A DNA stretch of 64,000 bases from Cycas panzhihuaensis (taxonomy: Eukaryota > Plantae > Cycadophyta): the NCBI GenBank assembly GCA_023213395.1, contig CM041465.1, forward strand, positions 225,129,741-225,193,740, read 5' to 3'. Both the position numbers and the translations under genes were made by a program. Positions 1-13,700 of this stretch are shown in pieces. Position 1 is the stretch's first letter. Each line of letters starts with the position of its first letter. The notes under the pieces are model-generated. The model was not told the origin of the DNA. It was given only the letters and a program-made list of their open reading frames with translations, and did not search any database.

Positions 1-294
1 CCAATGTTAGGTCTTCTAGGGAATAACCATAAGCCATGGTTCAACGCACAATCTAAAATACCCTATGCACATTAAAGAATAATAATATGGTTTTTTTCAT
101 TGCTAATATGACTAAGTTACATGCCTCAACGTTCCCTTACTTACCTAAAGAATTGCCATACCATATAAGTATTTACCTAACTGACTAGTTAACTAACTCC
201 TAATTCTATGGTGGACATGTAGGATTTACGGTTCATATATAGTTACTTAAGTAAGATCTGTGATGTCTATGAAACACAAAGTTATAATCAATAT

Positions 295-805
295 CACTTA
301 AAAATCACCTTTAACTTGGAACATTAATCAAGATAATCCCTAACTTACAACATCTATAGTAGCCTTGCAAGGGAAATGGTTAGGACCCCTGAAGTTACCA
401 CCCTATATATGCCTTTGGTATTTCTCTACTTTATTGAGAAAACCATTGGCTATAAGGTGTATTAGGTGGCAGGCTAAGGTGGGAAACTTTTCTCTAGTGA
501 TTGGAGACTAGGGTAGACCCAGATGAGGCGAGTGTCTTGGTTATTTAAGTTCTCACCACTAGATCTATTATTAGGCATAGTTTTGGTGCAAGTTAATCCA
601 TAAATTAAGGGGGTCTTTGACCTTCTTAGTATCCCACATACTGAGGTATATAGAGTCTTGAGCTCACGTATGAATATATAAGGTCTCTAGTTTGCCACTT
701 ATTGGCAGGTGCCACTAAATAGGATAGTAACTAAGAACTTCCTTGGAGACCCTAAAACTTAGAATTATAGAATAATATCCCCTTAGGTAGATAGGACATA
801 AGCAC
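295..805 (+). promoter_or_regulatory. structured 5' leader module, copy A (putative cis-acting RNA upstream of copia gag)
   Basis: Collinear with the reverse complement of 27307-27820. Contains several nested helices and ends ~47 nt before the gag ATG at 853. Confidence 0.7.
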
Positions 806-852
806 ATTTACATTCTTTAGGTTACATTTTTTAAGGTAGTTCTCTTTTCATA

Positions 853-3800
853 ATGGCAACAAATCTTAGGAATGTTATTGTACCCAAGTTTGATAGCACA
901 AATTTTCTTAATTAGAGTAGGTAGATGAGGCTTATTTTCATTATAAAGGACATGTAAGAGCTTGTTAATAAGGGATATAAAGAAATCAACAATACTTCCA
1001 TCAATGATGAAAAGAAAGTTTATAAGGAGAATGTCGAAAGGGATAATGAGACATTGTCACTTATATTTTGTACTCTAGAAGATTATATTTTTCCTAGAAT
1101 AAATAAAGTTATAACATCTAAAGAATCTTGGGATACCCTTCCTTAAGATGATTTATAAAGAAGCAACATCCTCTAAGTTACAAACACTTAGAAGTAAATT
1201 TGAGAATCTAAAGATGATACCTAGGGAAGGAGTAAATGAATTCATCACCAAGGTGCAAGACTTAGTGAATTTAATGAGATCCTTAAGTGAAGCATTAAGT
1301 GAACAAAGAATTGTGGAAAGAATTTTGAGATGTGTTAGAGAAATTAAGAGATTTAAAATGATGGCAACTAGCATTGAAGTATCCAAAGACTAAATCACTC
1401 TTTGAATTGATCAATTAAGTGCTATGATCCTAGCTATTAAGAAAAGAAATAGGGTAATGAGTTACTTGAGCATGCCTTTACCACAAAGGCAAGAATAAGA
1501 CATAAATTTTAAGACAAAGTTCTACGAAAAGGGACCAATCCCCTAGAGGAAGAAGAAGAAACTAAGGGTAAGGCATACAAATCTTTCAAGGATAAAGTAA
1601 CTTCCAAGGTCTAAGAAGTTTTTTAGGACTAAACCAAAGCTATCAAGGAGAAAGTAACTTCCAAGGTCAAGGCTAATACTTTAAAAGAGGTAGAGAAACT
1701 TCTAGAGGAAGAGGAATCTCTAGAGGTAGAAGTCAAAGCCAAAGAAGAAGAGACACTATCTAATGTTCTTTTTACCATAAAATTGGATATTTAGAAGAAA
1801 ATTGCTTTCCCAAAAATGCTAGTACCCAAAAGGGAATTGCCAACACAACAATTGAAGATAGAGACAATGATAGACTCTTCTTGTCCAATCTTATGGCTAG
1901 TGAGGAAGAAGATAGTTAGTACATCGACTTAAGATGTTCAACTCAAATGACTCATAAAGAAGAAATTTTTAAAGAATTTGATAAGTCCAAGAAAGGAAAG
2001 ATCATGTTTAGGGATAATACTACCCATGTATCTATTAGAAAGGGTAATGCATCCATAACTACCAAATTAGGAGAAATAAGAAGTATCAATGATGTGTTAC
2101 ATGTTCCAACTCTAAAGAAGAACCTACTCTCGATGGGTCAGATGATGGAGCAACACTATAAGGTCATCTTTAATAATGGTGAATGTACAATCAAAGATAA
2201 GCTAAAAAATAAAGTAGTTATAGTAAAGGGATAAATAACTAATAATAGATTATTTAAACTAATCATTCCTCCATTAGATATGTATACTTTGAAAGCCTCA
2301 ACCAATTTAATAATAAAACATGGCATAAGAGGTTTGGCCATGTAAACTATAATAACTTAGCATTGATGAAAAGGATGGAGATAGTTATTGAATTATCCTC
2401 TATAGAAGCAAGTAAAGAAATTTGTGAAGGATGCATACTTCAAAAACAAGGAAAATAAAGTTTTCTAAACAATAGTTATAGGGCTCAAGGGCCTTTTCAA
2501 TTGATTTGTACAAACTTATGTAGACCTATAGATGTGCCTTCATTAGGTGGTGTCAGGTACTTCGTGATTTTCATTAATGACTTCATTATAAAGACATGGA
2601 TATACTTTATCAAGTTTAAATCAAATACCTTTCAATGTTTCACCGACTTTAAAACTTTGGTTGAAAAATAAAGTGGCTTTAGAATTCTTACCCTTAGATC
2701 AAATAATGGGGGAGAATTCATTTCAAATGAATTTAAGACATACTGCAATTACCATGGTATAAGAAAGTAGCTCACCAATCCTTATACTCCACAACAAAAT
2801 AGAGTTGTAGAAAGGAAAAATATAACTATTATTGAAATGACCAAAAGTATGCTTAAAGATAAGTAACTTAGACACGAATTTTGGGTAGAAGTACTACATA
2901 CAACAGTTTACTTATTGAATAGGTCTACCACCAAGGTTGTTAGATGGGTCACACTAGAGAAAGCTTGGTAAGGCCAGAAGTCAAGCATACAACACTTAAA
3001 GATTTTTGGATGCTTAGCATTTGCCCATGTTCCAAAGTAAAAGAGAACTAAGTTGGATGATAAAAGCATTAAGTGCATCTTTATAGGATGCTGTGATGTT
3101 TCTAGATCATATAAATTATATGATCTAAAAGAAAAGAAGATAATCGTGAACAGGAATATTTTCTTCATGGAAGATAAATTGTATAAAGAAGAAGTTAAAA
3201 TGGATAAAGGAAAGAATTCATGGTGGAAATAGATTCAAATCCTAAATCCACAAATATAGTAAGTCTAAATGAAGCAAGTCCAAATGAAGCAAGACCCTCT
3301 AGATTCAATCAAAGGGTTCCAAAATGGGTTCAAAGAGGTCATGATTCTTCAAATATTTTAGACAACAACTTTGAGAGAAGGTCCACTTGCTCTCATAGAA
3401 TTAACTTTGCCTTGATGAGCCAAGGAATGAAATCAAATGAGCCTTATAACTTTAAAGAGGTTAATACAAAAGATAAATGGAAAGATTCCATGAAAGAAGA
3501 GTATAATGCCTTAGTTAAAAATGATACTTGGGAATTAATTGATTTAACACTAAACAAAATTACAATTGGAACAAAGTAGGTCCATAAGACCAAATTTAGA
3601 TTAGATGGAATGATCGATAAATATAAGGCAAGATTAGTTACCAAAAGATATGCACAAGTTGAAGTTATTGACTATAATGAGATATTTACACTAGTTGTTA
3701 GAATGAAGATAGCTCATCTGATGATGAGTTTAACTGTATAAGAGGGTTGGATAATTTAACAAATAGATGTTAAGAGTGCCTTCTTGAATGGGTACATAGA

Positions 3801-4965
3801 AGAAGAAAGGTATATCTAACAATCTAAAGGTTTTTAAGTAAAAAGGGAAGAACACAAGGTTTATAAATTCAAAAAGACCTTGTATGGACTCAAACAAGTA
3901 CTTAGAGCTTGGTACTTTAGGATTGATAAATACTTTAGAGATAAAAGATTCTAAAAGTATCAATATGATCTTGATTTTTACATCAAGATAGAAGGAAGAT
4001 CGATACTCATTGTGGGATTATATATTGATGGCCTTGTTTATACAAGCAATGATCCCCACTTATCCCAAAAATTTAAAGAAGACATATGTAAGGAATTTAA
4101 AATGACTAATTTTGGGACTTATACATTACTTCTTAGGCTTGAAAATTTGGTAAGATGAGAATGGGATATTTGTTTTCCAAAGAAAGTATACTTTAGACTT
4201 ATTACATAAGTTCAACATGAGTAATTATAAGGCACTTGCTACACCATCCAAAGTTGGGGTAAAATTATCTCAATATAAAGAATCTGCATCGGTCGATCCT
4301 ACTCTCTATAGGTAATTGATCGATAGCTTGATTTACTTAACTTTGACTCAGTCGGACACTATGTATGCAGTAAGTATAGTTTCTAGATTCATATATGAGC
4401 TTAAGGTATCACATTGGCAAGCAACTAAGAGGATCCTCAAATACTTGAAAGGAATAGTTAGTCATGGACTTTATTACAGATCATCGGGAGACTTTATATT
4501 AATTAGTTACACAAGTTTTGGTTTGAAAGGATGTATAGATAACAAAAAATCTACATCATACTATACCTTCATTTTGGGTTTAGCAGTAATAGCTTAGAGT
4601 TTAAAGAAATAAAACACGGTATCCTTGTCTACTGTAGAAGTAAAATACAAATTAATAGTAGCAGGGGCTTGTAAAATAGTTTGGCTAAGACGACTACTCC
4701 AAGATTTATAATTAAAATAGGATGGCCCTGCACAAATGTTATGTGATAATCAAAGTACCATATAAATAACTTAGAATCTGGTATTTTATAGTGGAATAAA
4801 ATACATTAAAACTTAATATCATTTTATCAGAGAATTGGTTTATGCATGCAAAATTGAGTTAACCTATTAGAACATAAAAGAGCAAGTGGCAGATATTTTC
4901 ACTAAGGTACTTAGAAAGATTAAGTTCAATAAATTCAGAGACAATCTTGATGTCTCTCTAAATGA
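853..4965 (+). pseudogene. copia gag-pol polyprotein pseudogene (many stops and frameshifts)
   Basis: Fragments KLQTLRSKFENLKM (gag), a CCHC remnant at ~1764-1805, VLHVPTLKKNLLSMGQ (protease region), R.NNGGEFISNEF and PYTPQQN (integrase), LVKNDTWEL and DVKSAFLNG (RT), CDNQS and QVADIFTK (RNase H). Confidence 0.9.
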
Positions 4966-6439
4966 ACATTATGGGGGGAAAATATTGGATAATGCTTATT
5001 TGGGTTGACAATGACATATGGTGGGTGTGTTGGCATAGGACTTTGTGAAGCTAACCTAACCATATGATAGGTTTTATTAATGGTATTTTTAAACAATAGT
5101 CGATGGTAAATGTTAGGCTCTCACTCAACTCTTGCTTATTTATACAAGGGGTTGTAAGACATTGGTGTTCCTTAACACTACCATTATGCTAGAATTTTAT
5201 TTAATATTATCCTTTGTTATAATATTTCACTCCCTCTAACTCTCGTTTATCCATTAGATGGTGCCTAGGGGTCCATAACAATTCATCAAATAAACCATAT
5301 AGGCTTCTAATTTTGTATCTGGAGGTTTCACAAACTCTCTAATCATGTATCACTAGAGCTTTTTTTATTTAGGCTGGTCAGATACTTTAACTTTTTAGTT
5401 GGCATAATTTATGCCATTTAAAATTAGTATTAAGTTGGAAGAGTTTGTCTCTGGCATGATTGCCATTTTAGGAAAAGAAACCTATTTCAAGAAATCCTCT
5501 TTTGATGATAAAAATAAAATAAATAATAAGGTGAATATATAAAAAAATAAGCTTTCAAATTAAAATAATTAAGCCATAAATTATGAGTATAATCACAACA
5601 TTTTTATTTCAAAATTAAAGAAAAAATGACATTGATTTAATATAATTTATAAATAAATGAGGAAGTTAACCCTTTAAAACATCATTAATTGATTATAATT
5701 ATTTAAAAAATTATGTTTTTAAGCATACATATTAAAAATTAAATCAAATTTGAAGTAAATTTACATAAATTATAAACTTATTTATAGCAAATAACATTAA
5801 AATAATGGTTAAATTAATTGTGAATAAATTGAATGAATTTATTAAAAAAATACATGATTGAATGATGTGATTAATTCATAAATTAATAAATGATTAATAA
5901 TATATTAAATTGAATTAATAATATTTTAAAAAATTGTAAAGAAATTTCTTAAGTTGAAGTATGTATCTATACTTATGTGGTCACGATTAGTTTTATTGAT
6001 TTTAATTAAAGTTTTCCTTGTTAAAATAATGTTAGAAACACTTGAGTGATAGTCAAATAGAAGATGTTTGAGTCAATATTCCAATGCAACTTCTGGAACA
6101 AAATTCTCGCTTTGAATAGTGAAGTTATGCCAGAAAACATATAGGTAACCTTTTTGAAAAATAGGGAGGGCTAAAAAATAAGGGGTTAAGCCCCTTTTAC
6201 AAAGAAATTAGGGTCATATGGGGGTGCAATAGGACTGAGGGTTGGTGGAATATGAGGTTACAAACCTAAAATAATAATAAGATACATTGAAATATTTTTG
6301 CAATTACAAAAACATTAAATAGAATTTGATAATCATTTGGAATAAATAAATATTTGAAATAATTTAGACCCTAAAAACTTAGGGTTTCGAACAAACTTTT
6401 TATATAATAACAATGCAAGGCAACATTGATCAAATTTTG

Positions 6440-7761
6440 CATCTATATACACAATTTTACTTGAATTTTTTTTGTAATTTATGACTATCTTCTTCATCTA
6501 TGATGAGGTAAGTCTTTGTCTTATGTTTGAATTCTTCTGCATTCAAGTTTAGTCTTACTTTTGCATAATGCATGGTATATTTACTACATGAGGAATAGTC
6601 AGTTGGACAGTTATAAAATCTTGTTTGTATATTCAATGGTTTTATCTTCATGAGGAATTCTTCACTATATCTCTACCTCATCAATGGCTTCACTAGTACT
6701 ACATCTCTACATCTTTGAATCTGGATTCATTATATCTCTGCATCATTAATGGCTTTGGCTTCATGTTATTACCAAATGTGTGATGACTATAGTTTACTTT
6801 GATCTTTTTCGGTGTGGCATACGATGGATAGAGTCTGATTCCTTTGTGTCTTCAACCAAGGGTTATTCTAGATAATGTCAGTGTGGATGGACTCGTGCTA
6901 TCATTGAGAGTTGACTGAGCACTCACATGAATGTTTAATGAAATGTCTAAAAAACACCAATCTTCTATAACCAAGAAATCATAGTCACCCTATAATAGAG
7001 ATGCTCACACTCAATGAAATGTGATCTATACTCACCATAATGACTTGTCCTTTGCAAACTGAAATATGGAGGAGTGAGACTACATGATAGTTCAACCTAC
7101 CTATGGACTTGGAAACTCCAAAATGAATATGATAACTAATAAAAAGGGAATATTGATCTAGAGATGTAGATTTACTATGTTTGTCTCCAAATCTACTACA
7201 ACCCTTTTTAAGAGTTAAGGGAGTGTCCGACAGAAGGAAAGTCTTCATATCTAATGAGAGCCATCTATGAGGAGCTAATTATTCAAAATAGAATTGGCTG
7301 AGAGTCTTATGCCACTGAATAACAGAAGGGTAGGAACCTGCTCTGATACCATGTTGGAGAGAGGGTATTTGGTATTAAATTAGAAATAAATGAATGTACA
7401 ATCATCAAATCATCCATACACTGTACACATACGATTAGCAGGTCGAAAACCCCTATAAGGGAAGAAAAACCACCTCAGAATATAATAATATTTTATTAGA
7501 ATATCATTGAAATGCATAGGTATAAATATGAGGATCTCATCCTCTCTCTCATGTTGCTAGACTAACCATAATCATATACTCACGTAGCCAACCAAAACAT
7601 AATGATTCTCGAATAATTAATTTAAGAAGATAGGGAAAAGTTCATTGAAATGGAAATAGTCTATTTCATCGAACTTTTAATAAATACTAATCAAATACAT
7701 AATATAATTTATAAAGATAACATTACAACCTTAGCATTAATATAAAAGATTATTTCTAACA
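6440..7761 (-). mobile_element. internally deleted copia fragment: 5' LTR (7352-7761) + PBS + pol remnants
   Basis: LTR TGTTGG...CTAACA. Perfect tRNA-iMet PBS (reverse complement GCTCTGATACCA at 7340-7351). Weak protease- and RNase H-like remnants in ORFs 6985-7248 and 6457-6651. No second LTR found. Confidence 0.7.
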
Positions 7762-10700
7762 ACTATGCTTATTTATTTTATCATTTTAGAGGACCTATCA
7801 AGTGATTATTTACATAACTCGTGTTATCTCATCACTAAATAAGGCCATCTTTAATTCCTTTTTCCATTTAATATTTAGATTTCTTTAATAGGTTAATAAA
7901 TTCCTTAGTAGTTCTTCTTGTGATATTATCTTATAGGTAGTAGATTAGGAAAGAAATCACATATATAATAATAATGATTTGTCATCAAGTAGAGATATAT
8001 CTTCAATGTTAAACCAAATAGAAGCCTCTTTTATACCTTATTTAATTATTTTTAGTAAAATAAAAGAAGGAACATTAGTTTACATTATAAGTCAAGAACT
8101 CTTGTTTATTAAAAGTCATTACAATTTTTTGTCATACATAGGTTACTAGTACTTGTGTGAGATTTGTATATTTCTCCTTAGATATACCTTGTCTTTAGGT
8201 CTCATATTAAATAGGAGAAGCAAAACCACCCTCTCTACTAAAAAATATTTTTAATGAATGCATTGGAGGTTCAACTTTTTCTTTTGCTTATCAAACCCTT
8301 ATTTGATTATCTTATAAACATCACAACAACATCCTAAAAATGACATCAATACCCTAGCAACCCCCATTTTATGATATTTTTATCTCAAAAAAAGAAAATC
8401 ATAAAATAGCCACATAATCAAACTCCAATATTAAATAGGCTTAAAAAATCAAACCCTGGCCTGCACTAAAAAATAAAAAATCAAGAAATCCATTTACACA
8501 TATGAAAGTGGCTTATAAAAGGTGTTTTTCATCTTATTTTATATCATTTTCTTACATTTTGTACTTGAATCATTAATTTAGTCTTTCTTTTCTATTCAAC
8601 ATTTTTGGCTTTTTAATCTTCATAAAGTCTTTATATTTAAAAAAAAAAAAATTATACTAATCCTGATTTATTAAGGAAAAGTTGGTATTTTATTGGAAGT
8701 CGATCTTAGGGAGTTTTTTTTTTTTTTAATATAAAATTAGTTTTTATATTACAAAATTAGTATTTTATTATTATTATTATTATTAAATTTTTAATAGGGA
8801 ACCATATTATGCACCTATAAATAGGGAACTCTTAATTCATTATATAAATTTTGTTTTTAGGTTAATCCTAACTTTATTTAGCATTTGCTACTCAAAGTAA
8901 TTTTATCCATTCAACTTTTATTCCAACTTTCTTTTGTGTTTGAAGAAGTGGATCCAATTTAATATCATTTCAAATGGTATTAGAGCTTTGTTTTTAGCCT
9001 ATCAAGGGTCTATATTTTTTTAGTATAAATAGAATAATTTCAAAAAAATAATAACAAATTTGAGTCAAACAAACTTATTCTATAAATTTTAAGTGGCTAT
9101 ACCATAGATATTTAAGAAAGTTTATGAAAAATATAGGAATTTAGTTTTGGCATGCTACCCATGACTATCTTTAAGTCCAAAATCTACTATTATAACTTCA
9201 AATATCTATGAATTTATCTATAAACATCCAACTAACCATAATTTTTTATTAAATCTGTGTATATTAATGTTTGATTTTTTTTTAAATTGGTTTTAGATCC
9301 ATTAGATATTAGAGTGAAAAAGTATTGACATTTTAGTAATATGCACTACTATAGTCCCCCAAAATCCTAATTATGACCTACCTTAAAAGGGCCATAACTT
9401 TTGATATAGGTATCAGAATTTAATTTAATCTAAACCATTAGAATCCTAATTTAGAAAGATCATCATTTCAAATTATGATTTGATGCATTTTGGAATTCGT
9501 TTAATATAGTAATTGTTATTTGAAGTTTATGCCTAATAATAGAACCTGATACCCCTATTTTCATTGGAGGTAGAGGAATACAATCAATAGAATGCCTGGA
9601 AAAGGTTGAGAAAGTCCTTAAAATTTCACCCCAAGTAATAAAACTAAAATTTTATTTGACTATTTTTCCATACTTGGAAGGAAAACCTCAAGAGTAGGCC
9701 TCTAATATACTCCCTTTTATTGATTAAAAATTCTTCTCCAAACTTTTTCTCATCTAGTATAACAAATTATGAAGTGGTAGCATGAATATTGGGAAGATTA
9801 CATGATTTCATGGATGATTTATTATAATATCTCACATAATTCATTAGGATTTTTCATGGATAATAATAATAAAATATCGCATAAACTTTCTATTAATAAA
9901 CTCACTTTTTTAAAATGAACCTCTATTAATAGAGTTGTTTCTCTAAAATGATCTTAACCGGTGCTCCTCTCATAAAATATTTCAATGAAATTTAATTAAT
10001 TTTTTTCATATTATTTTTATTTGGTTCTCTAGAGTTGAGATATTCACTATAAACCCATCTCAATCTATTATGAAGCACAATTAAAATACTCACAAATGAG
10101 TGCAAAATATTTGTTATGTTTGTTAACTCCATTGACATATCATCCACTTGAAACAATGCCTAAATATAATAGAAGTGAATTAAATTTAATCTTACTTTCA
10201 CTATGGACCAGCAGATCATTACTCAAGGGCATCTAACACAGATCTATAATGGCCTAAGATTTACTAATCTTTTTAACAAATTGTCCAACTCATCACTACC
10301 CACCGATGCCTCTCTACATAACGAAACATGATAAAATTCATTATTTGTACACTTTCTCTACAACATGATTATAAATATATAGAGCCACATATATTTACAA
10401 GTGATGGGATCAATACCCATTTTACTCCTCACTCTTGATTGTTCATAAAACATGGTTAAACCTCTATGATATCATAGTTAATATAGTTAGCAGACAAATG
10501 GCATGAATATAATATTAAAAATTTTAGTTCTTCCTAGAGTTTGATATCACATTAAACTATATTCTATAAATGCCCATATCCACCCATCCCTTTATGTATT
10601 TTATCCCACCATCCCATGGTCTATTCATATGAACCTGTTCTAAAAAATGAAGGTGCCAAACATTAAATTTTAGCCTTAATTACTTTTTAACAATATCCCT

Positions 10701-13700
10701 TTTCATTTTTCTTTATAGCTTACTCATACAAAGATAGGCATATTAGTCATCTAGCCATTGTGATCTTAACACATATCCTTTCGAAATGAGTGGTCACATG
10801 ACCAACTTTCTTCTTTATTCAAAGGAGAATTTAATTGACGAAATTTGGCTATTCAAATTACAAGTGTATTTTTATTCTTAAATCATTATTTTTAATGGCC
10901 CAATCTCATATTTTCCCCATATCTCCCTCATATTGCATCAAATGTACATTCTATCTAAATTGGTATTATCCTCATTCATACACAGATGAAACTAGTGGTT
11001 GCATGACCCTTTTTGTTTAGTATTTGACATTTGATCTAATCCATTAAATTTGATGTTATAAAATCTTGTAGCTTTAACACACTTTTTTTAATAACATGTG
11101 CTTATCATTTTTGCCATATCTTTATCATTTGACATCAAATTTCTGATCTAAAAGAAGCATCAAAATCCTAATTTAGACACACATGTAATCAATGGCTTCA
11201 CACACCTATTTGAAACTTGAAAACTCTCTTAATTCTATCATGAGAATTGGCTTTAATTCTACCATAATTATCATTATTATAGAAATGCACTTGCAATTCA
11301 TCTTTTAAACCTTTTATGAGAATTAATCCTTTTTGTTTTTCTTTATTTATGGATTTTTATTTTAATGAATTTATCAATTTACATTCCTTTTACATGAGTA
11401 GGCTTCATTTTAACATATGATACTCACAACAACCTAAACCCCCTCTTGAAACCTCTATTATAGATGAATTTGATCCTTCTACTAACAAAGCACTTGTAGA
11501 AGATGTTCTCATGGATAAACATACATATTCTCCTCTTATTTCACCTTCATTAAAAGTTGAAGTTATCTCACATTCGCCACCTCCTTCACTTTTACCACAA
11601 GTTGAAGTTGAGTCATTAACTTCTATTTTTTAACCCTCTATCTCTTCTTCTACACAACTACCATTAAGAGTTTCTTTATTTAGCTTTCCCTTTCCCATAT
11701 AATCATTGGTAAATTCATTACCTCTCTCACAATCACCATCATCTTCCTTTTATTGGGCTTCTATCTCTCCCATAGTGTAGACTATAGAAAGAATGCTACC
11801 ATCTCCAAGAGATATGACATCTAATATTTATATAATCTCTTATTATGAAGTACAATCAATTTTATAGATATTATTATCAACATCTAATGATATTAGATCA
11901 CTTATACCTTTGATTTAATTTCTATTTCTTATTATTCCATAGCATTTAGTGAGAAAAGATTTGGTGTAATGTGGATACGGTTCATCTTCTCAAATTACCC
12001 CTTTTCAAGATGTTACTTCATACAAGCCTATGACATCAGATCCCATGTGGGCACCTAGTCCATAACCATACCAAATCACTCAATTACAACATCATGTTAT
12101 CTCTAAAACCATACTCAATCAAGGTTTAAATCCTCTAATGCAAGTTGCTCATTCTAGTTGGCCTAGTAAGAATCTCCCATAATCATATTTCACTTCTTAT
12201 ATTCCATCTCTTGAGTTTCCTCCATAGGTTATCAATGTGTTTAATATTGCTAATTCATATAAAGTTCATAAAGGTAAATAACTAGAGGAAGTTTCTTCCT
12301 TCCAAAACATCAGGTTACCTATTATTTCCAAGTTTTCTACTTGCCTTATACAATTTGATTTTATTGAGTAACCTTTGTATAATAAGGATAAAACCCACTT
12401 TATCATGGATAAATTACATATTATTTCAACTATGATCTCCATGTTAGGTATTTTGCAATCTTTCCTAAACTTAATTTAATAATATTTAGAAGTTATATAA
12501 TTATAGATGTTGATCTTTACATATAATAACTTAAACTAGTAACTACCCTTAATCCAAGTATTGTTCTTTCTAAGAGTTAAAGAACCACTAACACTTTGGC
12601 CACTTTCTTCACCTTAGTTAAAATTAGAAATTTCATTTTTAATTGTGTTTTAATTGATGATTAATCTTTAATCAATGCCATTATTCAAGTCTATGAAGAT
12701 GTCTCTTAGGATTGTTAAGCTTTTGATAACTCAAGAATTAAACTATTTGGCATGTTTGCACTTCCCATTTCTACTAAAGGTAAAATTGTTAATTATAAAA
12801 TCAATTTCATTAATAAGAACTTGGACTACAACCTTCTATTCATTCATCCTTGGCTTAACCAAATGGAAGTAGTTTATTCCACTCTATTTGGTGATCTTAA
12901 GTATATATACAAAGGGAAAGTCTATACCATATGATGTGTAGGCACTCCTAAGCCTTATTTCATGCAATCAACTCATAAGGCTACTCCTTAAGTTAAAACT
13001 CACACTCAATCGCATGGATTCATACCTTTAGGATTTGATTCTTATAGAATTGTCCCTTAATCTAATGTTTAAAAAACTTTTATAGAGCTCACTTTATATC
13101 ATGAATCTAATAATATTGGTACATATAATCTATAATAAATATAAACGAAAGCATAATCTCCTTATTAAGAATAAACTATGGCTCAAAAAATTTAACTGCT
13201 AAAGTATATAAACTATGGTAAGTTACATCTACATATTCTCCCATAATAGTATAAACTTAGCACATACTTTCATGCATTAGTTTGATATTCCACACTTTTA
13301 ATGCATATACCAATATGATCTCTCATAATCCCTATAATATAAGATTGCCTGGACTACTCAGTCATACCCTAATACTTTATTTACACTCTTATACATATCA
13401 ATACCTTTAACCCAAATTAAAATTAATATTTGATTAACACTCTTAAAATTTATGTGGCTTAGTCTAATAGGATAACACTTTAGTCATGTCACACTTTATA
13501 TTCTATTAAGTACACATGTAGTGGGGTGGACATCCTTGAATAGATTAATATCTCCTCAGTTATACTTGAAGATATCTCTCACATCTTGAGTCCCTTATAT
13601 TGGACTAGATAGGATTATCATCTTATCTATGGGTTTAGTAGTGGTCTAATTTTATTCAATCTCACATATCTATTAGTGAAATCATAGATATATATGATAG

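Larger units (their letters stand above)
1..5280 (+). mobile_element. Ty1/copia LTR retrotransposon 'Copia-A', decayed; 5' LTR lies outside the window
   Basis: Domain order gag - protease - GAG-pre-integrase - integrase - RT - RNase H on the + strand. PPT ATGGGGGGAAAA at 4971-4982 is followed by a putative 3' LTR ~4983-5280 (TATTGG...ATAACA). Confidence 0.9.

Noticed and set aside
350-390. TAGTAGCCTTGCAAGGGAAA resembles an LSU rRNA motif
   Set aside because: The similarity is too short and does not extend; no rRNA gene is supported.
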